Positions 1 through 10,582 of a stretch of 64,000 bases of DNA are shown here, piece by piece. This DNA comes from Lama guanicoe (taxonomy: Eukaryota), in contig MU054117.1 of assembly GCA_013239625.1 (NCBI GenBank), forward strand, positions 2,666,011-2,730,010. Direction: 5' to 3'. Both the position numbers and the translations under genes were made by a program. How positions within the stretch are numbered: position 1 is the first letter of the stretch; every line of letters begins with the position of its first letter. The notes beneath the pieces were generated by a model. That model was not told the origin of the DNA and did no database searches. It worked only from the letters and a program-made list of their open reading frames with translations.

Positions 1-189
1 GAACAAGCTCTAGGGAGCTGGTGCACCAGATCAGAGGTCGGCGAGTGTGAAGTCAGAGATGACCCGCTTCTGGAATTTCTGAGCTGTGGAGATTTCCCTT
101 GACCTCACAGCCCCTCCCCCAGGAGGGACATGGAGAGAAGAGGCACAAGGCCCCCTCCCAGCGGAAACCGGCCTCGGGGGACAGTTGAA

Positions 190-288
190 CAGTCACCCCT
201 CAGTATCTGAGGGGCACTGGTTCCAGGAGCCCCTGCAGGTACCCAAGTCCGCAGGTGCTGGAGTCCCTCTTGTGCAAGGGCGTGGTAC
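190..288 (+). mobile_element. MER2-like (Tigger family) DNA transposon 5' fragment
   Basis: cagtcacccctcagtatctgaggggcactggttccaggagcccc... resembles the MER2 terminus and the copy at 24531. Confidence 0.6.
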
Positions 289-1109
289 ACCTGGCGGTAC
301 CCCGAGGACTCCCCCAGGCTGGGGAGGGGCCGGGGGGCTGGTGTTTCCAGCGCAGGGTGGGAGGGCGTCGTGCGGCTGCAGGTGCCCCAAGGCCAGGCTC
401 CTTATCTGTAGCGGGTGACGAGGCAGCAGTGGGGTCTCCTCTTATTCATTCCAGGGTCTAGCGTTTACAGCCATCCATCCTCAGCATGGAGAGCATGAAT
501 TTCCATGGTGTGATTAATGAAAGAAAAATTGAGCCAGCAGCATAGAAACTGACCAGATTGAAGGGAGTTGGTGACAAGTTGGACAGGTCTTTGTGCCTCT
601 CTGCAAACCCAGAGCTCCGACCCGGCCTGGGGCGCCACCTGGTGGTTGTGTGGGTGGTGGCGCCCCGTCCTCAGCTGAGCTGGTTGGATACCCTGTGGGG
701 TGGGTGCTCTGGGTCTGGTGTGCCCACACCCGGGAGCCTTGGCCCCGTCCCCCTGGGGCTGCTGCAGGGCACGGGGCGCAGGCCTGCTCTCCACAGCGTG
801 GGGACCCAGCACCTGCTCCACTCACCCCACCCCATCTCTGCAGCTCCTGGAACCAGCTGGTGTAGGGACGTGTGGGAATGGCCCCGCTTCCCGTGCCGTG
901 CCCGGTCTGCGCCACCCTCCGTCTCCTGGTTTATCGAAATCCTCCTCGTGTGCTGAAACCCAGAAAGCCCTTCCAAATGCCCCTGGAACTGGACCACCTC
1001 TCAGCACTCCTGCATGGCCAGCTGCTGGAGATGGCCACCAGCCCCATCTAGTCACCTGGTCGCTGCAGTGGCTTCCTGGTTGCTCACGCACCTCCCCCTT
1101 TGCCCTCTG

Positions 1110-1620
1110 ATGGACTGTTCTCCGAACAGCAGCCAGAGTGACCTATTGAAACCATAGGTCAGCTCACTGTCCTGCTACTGGCTTCCCATCCCACCGAGAA
1201 CACCATTTTCTTTCCTGATGCCTATGAGGTCCCGCCTGCTGGTCACCACTGTCACCTCCAGCTCCCCTGGCTGGCCAAGCACACTCCTACCCCAGGGCTT
1301 TTGCACTTGCTGTTTTCTCTAGAACGTCCTTCTCCCATTATTTACGTGGCTCACTTTCCCTCTCTCAGGTCCCTCCTCAAATCCCGCCTTTCTGACCTGA
1401 CCCCCACCCCCCGCCCTCAGTTACTTTCTGACTCCTTCTTATCCTTATTTTTCTTCACAGCCCCTGAGGTTCTGCTGTGTGTGTGCTTTATATGACGCCT
1501 GTGTCCCCTGCACGAGTCCCCTCTTCCCGAGGGCAGGGCTTTGCCCCCGTCTCCCCCGCGCTCAGGGCAGGGCCTGGCTTTACTGAGGAAGTGCTCCGTG
1601 TGGGCTTGTGGACTGAGTGG
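1110..1620 (+). mobile_element. L2 LINE 3' fragment
   Basis: cagcagccagagtgacct..., cagggcttttgcacttgctgtt..., gagggcagggctttg... are typical L2 3' blocks. Confidence 0.6.
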
Positions 1621-2921
1621 GAGAGAAGTGCCATCTCCTTGGGCAGCCGCTGCCTCTGCCTGGCCTTCCCAGCTCTCCGCCAGCTCGTGGCCACCCAGTC
1701 TTCACTGCCTGTCTGTCCTCTCGCTGGAGCTGGGGCAGTGCGAGAGCTGGGGCGGGCTGGGTTCCTGGGAGCCCAGGAAATGCCTCCCGGAGGGCGGCAC
1801 ACGGCCTTGGCCTTCTCCTCATGTACTCTCTTTACGTTAGATTCTCACCCAGAAGTGGGTCGGGGAGGTGGGTGACAGTATCTCACTGTCCCCCTGCCCA
1901 AGCCCACCATGCTGAGGGACTGCCTCCTCCTTCTGGCACCTGGACGCTTGTGTCATTTATTTGGCGCCAGTGCATACAGCCTGGGGGGGGGTGCTGCTCC
2001 TTCCTTGCTCCCGTCCGGCCCAGCGGAGGCCCCGGGAAGGACAGGGCTCTGACTTGGTCCTTGTTCTGTGTCCAGCACAGATGCTGCAAGCTGTGTTCAG
2101 TAAGTTCTGGGTGACTGATGGACTGGCTTCTTAGACCCAGCGGACTTCCCTGGGCTGCTGGAGGCAGTGGGGGGAACATCAGTTTACGGGGCATAAAACA
2201 AGGCCACCCGGGAAACAGGAAACTGCAGCTTCCATGGCATTGCAGCCCCCAGGGGCCAAGCAGGAGGGCGGGAGCCGGGCCGAGCGCCAGCTGCCGGCTG
2301 CTGGCTCGCTGGGCTGGAAGGCGGAGGCATGGTGCACCCATGTCCTGCACATCGGCCAGACCCCCAGCCAGGCCAGCGAGCTCTTTTCTATTTCCATCAG
2401 TGTGAAATCTGTTCTTCACGCTCCTGAGGACAGCGGGCAAGTGGCCCTTCTGGTCAGGGCAGCAGGACAGTCGCTGCAAGATCTGGCTCAGAGGAGCTGG
2501 GCTCCGAGTTTCTCTCCCCAACCCCAGAGACGAGCCCTTGCTTACTCTGGTAACCACCGTGCGCCCCCTCCCTGGCTGCCTTCCTGACTGCCAGGGCCCC
2601 CCCTGCCAAGTGGAATAATCATGTGCATCTAGAACCTTCCGTATTTGTTCCACGCTTTCCCATGTGTTATTTAATTCCATCCTCATTGGAGTGACCATAG
2701 GAAGTTCGTGAAGCTGCTGTGGTCCATTTGTCAGATGGGGAGGCTGGGACCCAGAGAGGCTGGGGCCTTTGTGTCAGTCACACCGCAACGTGGTCTGGGC
2801 CTGGTTCTACCCTGAGTCTCACGTTTGAGGGTGTGGGGAACAGGGTGGGAGACATGCATTCCAGTTCCGTGGGGACGAGACGAGGGCCGTGCCGGTCTAA
2901 CGGGCTTTCCTCTCTCTCCAG

Positions 2922-3113
2922 CTCTGTGGCTGTGGGCTGCTCGGAGTGGGCATTTGGCTCTCCGTGTCCCAAGGCAACTTTGCCACCTTCTCCCCCAGCT
3001 TTCCCTCGCTGTCTGCAGCCAACCTCGTCATTGCCGTAGGCACCGTCGTCATGGTGACGGGCTTCCTGGGCTGCCTGGGGGCCATCAAGGAGAACAGGTG
3101 CCTCCTCCTCAGT
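2922..3113 (+). CDS. TSPAN9: Tetraspanin-9 coding exon (end of TM1, small loop, TM2); first coding exon lies upstream of the window
   Basis: ctctccag|CTC...AGT|gtaagt; 192 nt, phase 0; LCGCGLLGVGIWLSVSQGNFATFSPSFPSLSAANLVIAVGTVVMVTGFLGCLGAIKENRCLLLS matches the recalled mammalian TSPAN9 sequence. Confidence 0.96.
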
Positions 3114-3485
3114 GTAAGTTGGACCCCAGTCCCCCAGCCCTCCAGGCTCTGGATCGCCCTGCATCTGGGCCACTTAGCCAACTGGGGGCCCAGCTGGAGC
3201 CTAGGGAAGTTGCTTCTGGAATGTTCTTTACCTGACCACACCCCTCTTATGATTGGCTGTCCCTCCCCAGCTGTCCCCACTCCTCAATTGGCTGTCTACT
3301 TTTTCTCTCTCTGCTGTCCACCTGGGATTCCTCAGGAGGCGGTGGCCTCTCCCAGGCCTGGGGAGCCCTGTCCAGGTGCTACCCATCCCCTGCCTCCCCC
3401 CACCGCCTCCCTGCCATCCTTGTTTGCACCCCATCCCCGGCCATGACCTCTGCCTTGTGCCCACGCCTGGACCTTCTCTTTCCAG

Positions 3486-3560
3486 TTTTTCATCGTGCTG
3501 TTGATCATCCTCCTGGCAGAGCTGATCCTGATTATCCTCTTCTTTGTCTACATGGACAAG
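3486..3560 (+). CDS. TSPAN9: Tetraspanin-9 coding exon (TM3)
   Basis: tttccag|TTT...AAG|gtgagc; 75 nt; FFIVLLIILLAELILIILFFVYMDK. Confidence 0.96.
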
Positions 3561-4643
3561 GTGAGCCCTCCCGGAAGGGAGGAGGTGTAGGAGTTTCACT
3601 GCCTTGGGGCTGGGTCAGGGCAAGCTGGAGGAAAGGCCCTGGCAGGTCGCACCTTTGAGGAGGCGACAGCTAAGAAAGGCCCCGGGAAGGCTTTGGTGGG
3701 GACAGTGTGGGTGGTTCATTACCTCGTGTAGTCCTGGAGTCGTCTAAATTACCCAGGGATGCTGCAGGCTGAGCTCCCCATCCCCAGGAGTACTCAAGCA
3801 TAGTTGTGCTGATCACTAGGAGGGCTCAGAGCTGGCTTGGTGGCTGGGCTGGGTGATTGGAGGGTGACACGGTGGAACCTTCCAGGTGACACTGTAGGTA
3901 GGGCTCAAAGTGGAGGGAGCTGTGCTTCCTTTTGTGGAGACCTTTGAGAACAGGACAGCCGCTCCCAGGCTGTGCTGGGGTCTGGAGGAGGAGGGGTGAC
4001 CCCTGATAACCCCACTGTGCTGGACAGTTCCCAGTCAAGTTGGGGAACCTTCCCCTGGGACCTGACCACCAGGAAGGATTGGCCAAGCTGCACTGAAAGG
4101 GAGAGTCATTATTAGGATTAGAAACGATAATTCTTTTAGATCTGTGAAAGGGAGGCAGTAATCACTGAGAGATCTCATGGACCAGCCCCGTTCCTCTCTC
4201 TTTATGGGAGTCATTCCCTTTAATTCTCCCGACGGCCCCAGAGGTAGATGCGGTTTTCCTGTATTACAGGGAAAGCAGAGGTGAGAGGGTCTAAGTTACT
4301 TGCTGGCGAGAGGTGGGCCCATGCTCAGAATGGCTGGCCTGCCCTCCTGTGGATCCCAGGCTGTGTTTTGAGAGCGGCAGCACTGGGGATAATGATGCTG
4401 TGGGCCTGGTGGCAGAGTTGCCTGTGTGTGGCTGGTCCTGCGATGAGGGGAGTGGAGGCGCTCTGATGCCTCTGCCTCTGACAGTTGCCGCTCTGGCCCC
4501 GAAGTGCGACCCCGCCCCAAGGCGTCACCCACACTGGGCTGGCAGGGCCTCCCCCAGAGGACGAGCTGTGGCCGCAGTTCTGGTGGACCTGGACGAGCTG
4601 GGGGGAGTGTCCCACCCGACCTGAGCCTTCCCTCACCTGACAG

Positions 4644-4745
4644 GTGAACGAGAACGCCAGGAGGGACTTGAAGGAGGGACTGCTGCTGTACAACTCGGAG
4701 GACAACGTGGGGCTTAAGAACGCCTGGAACATCATCCAGGCCGAG
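4644..4745 (+). CDS. TSPAN9: Tetraspanin-9 coding exon (start of large extracellular loop)
   Basis: gacag|GTG...GAG|gtgagg; 102 nt; VNENARRDLKEGLLLYNSEDNVGLKNAWNIIQAE. Confidence 0.96.
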
Positions 4746-5419
4746 GTGAGGGGGCGGGGCAGCACACAGCGGGTGGGGCCGAGGTGAGGGGGCGGGGCAG
4801 CACACAGCACTTACTCTGCCCAGGAGACCCGGCGCTTTCTGGGTCAGACACCTCGCAGTGGAGACAGGGGCGAGGCTGGGAGGGAGGCGAGCCGGACTGG
4901 ACGCAGGAGAGGGCAGGCCTGCGGGAGCCAAGGCGAGCGGCAGTGGGGAGCAGGGAGCTGGGACGGACGGATAATCGAGAACACATCGTCCAAGCCCTCC
5001 CTTTCTGGAGCTCTCGCACCAACGGCAGCTTATTTTAGCAGCAGGTTTGCCTCCCTGATCATGGCTCAGGTGAAGAGGCTAGGCTTCTAAGAGGAGATGA
5101 TCAGTACAGCCCCCCGTGGGGCCCTGGGGAGGGGCTCCCGCCAGCCTGGGAGGAAGAGCCCAGGGGACTGGCGGCAGAGGGCTGAGCGCCCTGCCAGGTG
5201 CCCAGCGCCCGGCTCAGAGGGGCAGGTGGCGTGGCCTTCTGCCCTCTAGCCTCTGGAAGGACCTTTCACTTCCTCCTCTGCGGGCCCAGCGGAGGGCCAA
5301 ATTGGGCACAAGAAGGCTGAACTCCAGGTGGCAGTTGGCGTGGGGTGGATGGCAGGGGAGGCCCAAGAGGACCCCGCGTGGCCTGTCTGACCTGTGTGTC
5401 CTGCCCCCCCACCTTGCAG

Positions 5420-5551
5420 ATGCACTGCTGTGGTGTCACGGACTACAGGGACTGGTACCCAGTGCTGGGGGAGAACACGGTCCCCGACCGCTGCTGCATG
5501 GAGAACTCCCAGGGCTGTGGGCGCAACAGCACCACCCCGCTTTGGAAGAAG
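5420..5551 (+). CDS. TSPAN9: Tetraspanin-9 coding exon (large loop, CCG and PxxCC motifs, NST sequon)
   Basis: ttgcag|ATG...AAG|gtgagc; 132 nt; MHCCGVTDYRDWYPVLGENTVPDRCCMENSQGCGRNSTTPLWKK. Confidence 0.96.
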
Positions 5552-5912
5552 GTGAGCCCTGGCCCCCCAGGAGCCCACGTGGTGGATGGTCCTGGGAGGG
5601 TGGGCCCGGACACCAAGGAGATGGCTTCACGTGGGATGGGTGGGGGCACACAGGACTGAAGCCAAAAGGCAGGTGGGATATGGGAGTCTGGGTCCACTCT
5701 GGGGAGTCAGAGTGGCCCAGGGTCTGGACTGTGCATTGGGGTCTTGTAGGTGGGGTAGGAGTGGGGCCTGCTCAAAGGCCGGAGGACCGGGCAGGGGCCT
5801 GGGGAAGGCAGGAGGAAAGAGTGGGGACAGAGACAGAAGGGCAGGGAGGTGAGGGCTGGGCAGGAGGGCCCCCAGTCATGCCAGCGCCTTCACCTGTGGT
5901 CCTCGCCCCCAG

Positions 5913-5996
5913 GGCTGCTACGAAAAGGTGACCATGTGGTTTGACGACAACAAGCACGTGCTGGGCACTGTGGGGATGTGCATCCTAATCATGCAG
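5913..5996 (+). CDS. TSPAN9: Tetraspanin-9 coding exon (end of large loop, start of TM4)
   Basis: ccccag|GGC...CAG|gtaaga; 84 nt; GCYEKVTMWFDDNKHVLGTVGMCILIMQ. Confidence 0.96.
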
Positions 5997-6709
5997 GTAA
6001 GAGCCTGCCGGAGGAGCACACAGACCCCCAGGGAGATGGTGGCCCAGGCGGCCAGAGCCGTGTGCTGTTCTGCCCCTGCCCCCACCACAGTTCTTCCCTC
6101 CCAGTGCCTGTCTGACCCTGCGGGGCCCTACCACAGCATCGTCACATCCCTCTGAGCCTTGGGCCTGTGCTGGCATCACATGAAGGACCCCTGAGTTTTC
6201 TGGTGACAGGCCTGTCCCCCCAGCACGGGACGTTTGCCTTGAGACTGAGCTGAGTGGCACGCTATGCGGCGTGTGCTGGTGTCCCTGATCCTCTGCCTCC
6301 TGCTGGCTTGGGGTCCATGGGCCAAGGGGGCACAGACTGGCGTTAACAGTCCCCTAAGTGCAGCAGCGGTGAGATGCATCTGCTGCGGCCAGACACCGCA
6401 CCATGTACCTAGAACCTCACAGAAGTGACTTGGTGGTTTTCAGTGTTCCTGCCACTTTCCCCGACTCAGCTGCCATTGAGGGTCAGGCCTTGTCTCCCCA
6501 CCACGCTCCCAAACAGCAGGTTTCTGGGCCCCGAGAAGCTCGGTATGCTCTGCCCAGACGGCTCCAAGGGGCTGAGCTCCCCTGTGTGAGGCCTCCTCCG
6601 CTCTGCGCCGTCCTCGCCCCGCTGGCCTCCTCTGGGCACACGAGGGGCTGTCCCCTCTTGCTCTGGGCGCCGTGGCTCCTGCCTCAGGCCCCTCCCTGGT
6701 GTCTTTCAG

Positions 6710-6781
6710 GTCCTGGGCATGGCCTTCTCCATGACACTGTTCCAGCACATCCACCGGACTGGTAAGAAGTACGACGCCTGA
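6710..6781 (+). CDS. TSPAN9: Tetraspanin-9 last coding exon to stop codon
   Basis: ctttcag|GTC...TGA; 72 nt; VLGMAFSMTLFQHIHRTGKKYDA*. Confidence 0.96.
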   Translation, partial: VLGMAFSMTLFQHIHRTGKKYDA

Positions 6782-7833
6782 GCTGGCTGGCTGAGCGCCC
6801 CGGCCCCACGTGGACACTGTGCCAGGGGAGAATTCAGCTTTGTGTTGCCTGCCCGCACCCTCCAGACTGCTGACCCCTCCACCCGCCTCCCCAGCCCGCC
6901 TCCCCCGCCATCCCCCGCAGCCTTTTCGGTGGGAGGACGCTGGGGAGGAGGAGGCGCAGAGACTTGGGGTGCCGAGTTGCCCGATTCCTGCATCTGTGTA
7001 TTTGCCAAAGAAGACAGGGTGGGCGGGGGCATGCTCTAGGAGCCCCCAGCACTGATGGGTTTCTGCCCTGCCCTTCCGCAGCTGACACTTTGTCCCCATG
7101 TGGGGGGATCGCAGCGCCTCCTCCTGGTGGAGACGCTGCCCAACGAAGGCCCCTGGCGCTCACGGCCGCCCGAGTTGAGGAGAGTGGGTGTGCTAGTGGG
7201 GCTGTGGCTGACCGCCTCTGGGCCAGGACCCTGGGAGCATCTTGCCCAGGCTTTTTATACCTTACAGTGTAGCTTTTTTATTTTATTTTACTCTGATTAC
7301 GATTATTCAGGAATACTCTCAGATAAGTTTAGGGTTAGCTTTCTGATTTATAACTTTTTACTGCGTTGATTTCTGTAACGGTTTGGTTTTCTTTCTGAGG
7401 GTGGGTGACGGGCGGGGGACGGGTGGGGACAGAGGACGGTTTCAATCGGGACAGACAGCAGTGCACACTTGGGAGGCTCTTGTTGGGGTGGGGGGCAGCG
7501 CCAGGACACACTGAGGTGGGGGCGGGCTGGGAGGTGGGGGCCTGGAGGAGGCAGGTGGGATGGAGGTGCCGGGAGCGGTGTGGAGGCGAGTCCTGAGGGA
7601 CGGCTGAGGCCTGTGCGAGAGGCCAGGGCAGGGGGCCCTCTGGGGGCTGTGAGTGCTTTGCTGGGCCCGAAGCTGAGCGGTTGGGGGTCCTTATGCTTCA
7701 CTGGTGAGCAGCTCTTTTTCCTTCTTCCTCCCTCCCACCCTCTGCGGTGGGAGGGGCTCCCCTTCCATCCCATGCGGGCGTTCCCGCGACAGGTTCCGCA
7801 AACCCGTTCCTTTCACAGACATTCCTGCTAGAA

Positions 7834-8044
7834 NNNNNNNNNNNNNNNNNNNNNNNNNNNNNNNNNNNNNNNNNNNNNNNNNNNNNNNNNNNNNNNNNNN
7901 NNNNNNNNNNNNNNNNNNNNNNNNNNNNNNNNNNNNNNNNNNNNNNNNNNNNNNNNNNNNNNNNNNNNNNNNNNNNNNNNNNNNNNNNNNNNNNNNNNNN
8001 NNNNNNNNNNNNNNNNNNNNNNNNNNNNNNNNNNNNNNNNNNNN
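7834..8044. other. Assembly gap (211 N)
   Basis: Run of N characters. Confidence 0.99.
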
Positions 8045-10576
8045 GCAGGTGGGATGGAGGTGCCGGGAGCGGTGTGGAGGCGAGTCCTGAGGGACGGCCG
8101 AGGCCTGTACGAGAGGCCAGGGCAGGGGGCCCTCTGGGGGCTGTGAGTGCTTTGCTGGGCCCGAAGCTGAGCGGTTGGGGGTCCTTATGCTTCACTGGTG
8201 AGCAGCTCTTTTTCCTTCTTCCTCCCTCCCACCCTCTGCGGTGGGAGGGGCTCCCCTTCCATCCCATGCGGGCGTTCCCGCGACAGGTTCCGCAAACCCG
8301 TTCCTTTCACAGACATTCCTGCTAGAAACTCCGACAAATACCTCTCTAGTTCACATGCTGCTCTCTCACATTGCTTCTGGAAGGGGAAGCTGTCCTCATG
8401 TGGAGCTGCTCACATAGTTGGCAGAGGACCCGTGACTGCCAGGAGGAGCGGGTGGGGCGGGTGCTGCGACTGGCCCAGCCAGAGTCCCTGGGCTGCTGAC
8501 TCCCTGCTGGGAGGGAGGGGAGGGTGTCCTTCCCGGTCCCAGGACCCACATCTCCTTCCTCCGGGTTCACTGATGTTGGGGTGGATGGCGATCACGTCCT
8601 CCATGACCCCAAGGAAAAGTACAGAAAACCCAAGAGCAGTCAGATGGGATCCTGTTACAGTAGCCCCTGGACAAAGCAGCCTGAGGCAGGGCCTGGAGAT
8701 GGATGGGCAGGGGGTGTTTGACTGCAGGGAGGTGCCCCGACCAGGGCTCATGCTGGTCTAAGTGAATTTTGCAGTAAAAAAAAAAGTCAGGAATCCGTGG
8801 GGCTGAGCATGGAAAGTTTACCCACTAGCTAGCCAGCACCTGGAGCTCATCCCCAGATGGGCCTCGCCTGGGCACTGCCTCCGTCCTATGCCGTTTAGCT
8901 GAGTATCTGGACCTCTTCTGGGCTGCATCTCTTCTCCAGCCTCCTCCATCTGTTTGTTCTAAGAGCTGAGACCTGGCCATCAAGCCAGCGACCCCTCCCC
9001 ACCCTTAAGTCCAAGATGGCTGGGACCAGGAGTACAGAACTTCAGGTGTGTTCCGGATCACGTTCTAGGGGGCATGGGGAGTGGAGAGGAGGGTGGTCTC
9101 AGACGGCTGGGCAGAGTAAAGACCGCCTCCTGGGACAGGAGTGGGGGTTGCTGATGGGAAAGCCTGCCGGTAGGGCCTCAGGTGGAGGATGGGCTGGTGC
9201 GCCGGAGAGCCACCCACCCAGCCCTCTGGCCCTGTCTCCCTGGGAAGGGCTTCAGTGCCTCCCGGGAACCCAGATCTGCAGAGCCTGGAGCAAATGGGCC
9301 ACCAGGCCACCATGAGGTCCCCTTGACAGACGAGCACTGAAGAGGCACAGTGGGACCTGCTGCGTCATGAGTTTGTGATGGGGGTTGTTGATGCCGATTA
9401 ATGCAATTTCTAATTTTTGTTCAAATCAGCAGCAAAAGCCTAGCGCCTTGGGCGTGTATGGCCTCCCTGGCGCCCTAGGTGTCTGGAGCGTCACAGGTGT
9501 CCTCTGGCTCTGGGACCCTTGCCTCAGTCTCCCTCCTCCTGCCAGCCCCCAACCTCGTCCGTCTGTCCTCAGAGCCTTGTTCACAGTTCCAAAAACTGCC
9601 TTCTTGCCTCGCCCTGTGCTTGGCTGTTTGTCACTTGGCTTGGCCCATGCTGGGCAGCAGGCTCCGGGCACGGGGTTGGAGGCCCTTCTGGGCCCCATGC
9701 GTGTCCTGTAGGGGGGTCCCACCACTGTGTGGAGGGCCTGCCGTGTGATGTCAGTGGTGGTGGCCCGGCTTCAGTTTCTCCCAGCGACAGCCTCGTGGGC
9801 AGAGCTACCAGAGTCAGCCCCCTCTGTGGCGGCCCCTTGCTAGGGCTGGAGCTCCCTGGGGTCTGATGCAGGCAGATTGCAGAGTTGACGTCAAAGGCCA
9901 AGGTTCTGCAGGTTTCTGGAAGCGCCTGCCTCATCCTGGCAGGGGAGGTGGGCGAGCAGGGCCGAGCATGGCCCTTGGAGAGGGACAGGGAGCCCAGTAG
10001 GTGCCGACAGCCCCCCCCCCCGCTGGAGGAGCACAGCCCGTCTCCCTGCCGACATGGGCCTGCATCGTGGCCTATCACTCTGGAAAGGGTGCTGACCCGC
10101 CCCAGACCCTCACGCAGGTGTTCTGGCTTGATTTGGAACCAGGTGGCCATCCCTCCTTGCGCTGGCCAAAGAGCGGCCCCGGTGGAGGGGAAGGACGTCC
10201 CCGCCTCTCCGGCCCCTGCCCACCCAGTGGTGGAGGTGCTAACAGCAGGGACCCGGCAAGGACGGGAGCTGGGGCTGGGTGCCCGGGTCCACTCTGCCCC
10301 TTGGCCCTTCAGAGCCCGCCTCTGGCGTTCCCGTTCCCCCAGCCCCCTCTGCCGCGTGAGGCTGAGGTCCAGGCGTGTCCAGGCCTCCCTCCCTGGCCGG
10401 GCCCTGTGCAGCCAAGGCCGGGGCTCGAGTCCACACCCTGCCCACCGGAGCGGCGCGGCCGAGCGGGGACATGCGTGCTGGTTTCAGTGCACTTTTCTGC
10501 TTGCGATGCCGGATGTGTGCGCTCCCTTCATCCTGGTCCTGGCTTTGTGGAACGCCATGTTTTTAGCATGTTTTTA

Positions 10577-10582
10577 AATAAA
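10577..10582 (+). terminator. Polyadenylation signal of TSPAN9
   Basis: AATAAA with U-rich upstream sequence (atgtttttagcatgttttt) and a GU-rich downstream element (ctttgcggtgtttgtgtc, ~10614-10632). Confidence 0.75.

Noticed and set aside
7551..8327. Real tandem duplication in the TSPAN9 3'UTR
   Set aside because: The copies end exactly at the gap edges, so it is better explained as an assembly artefact (see findings).
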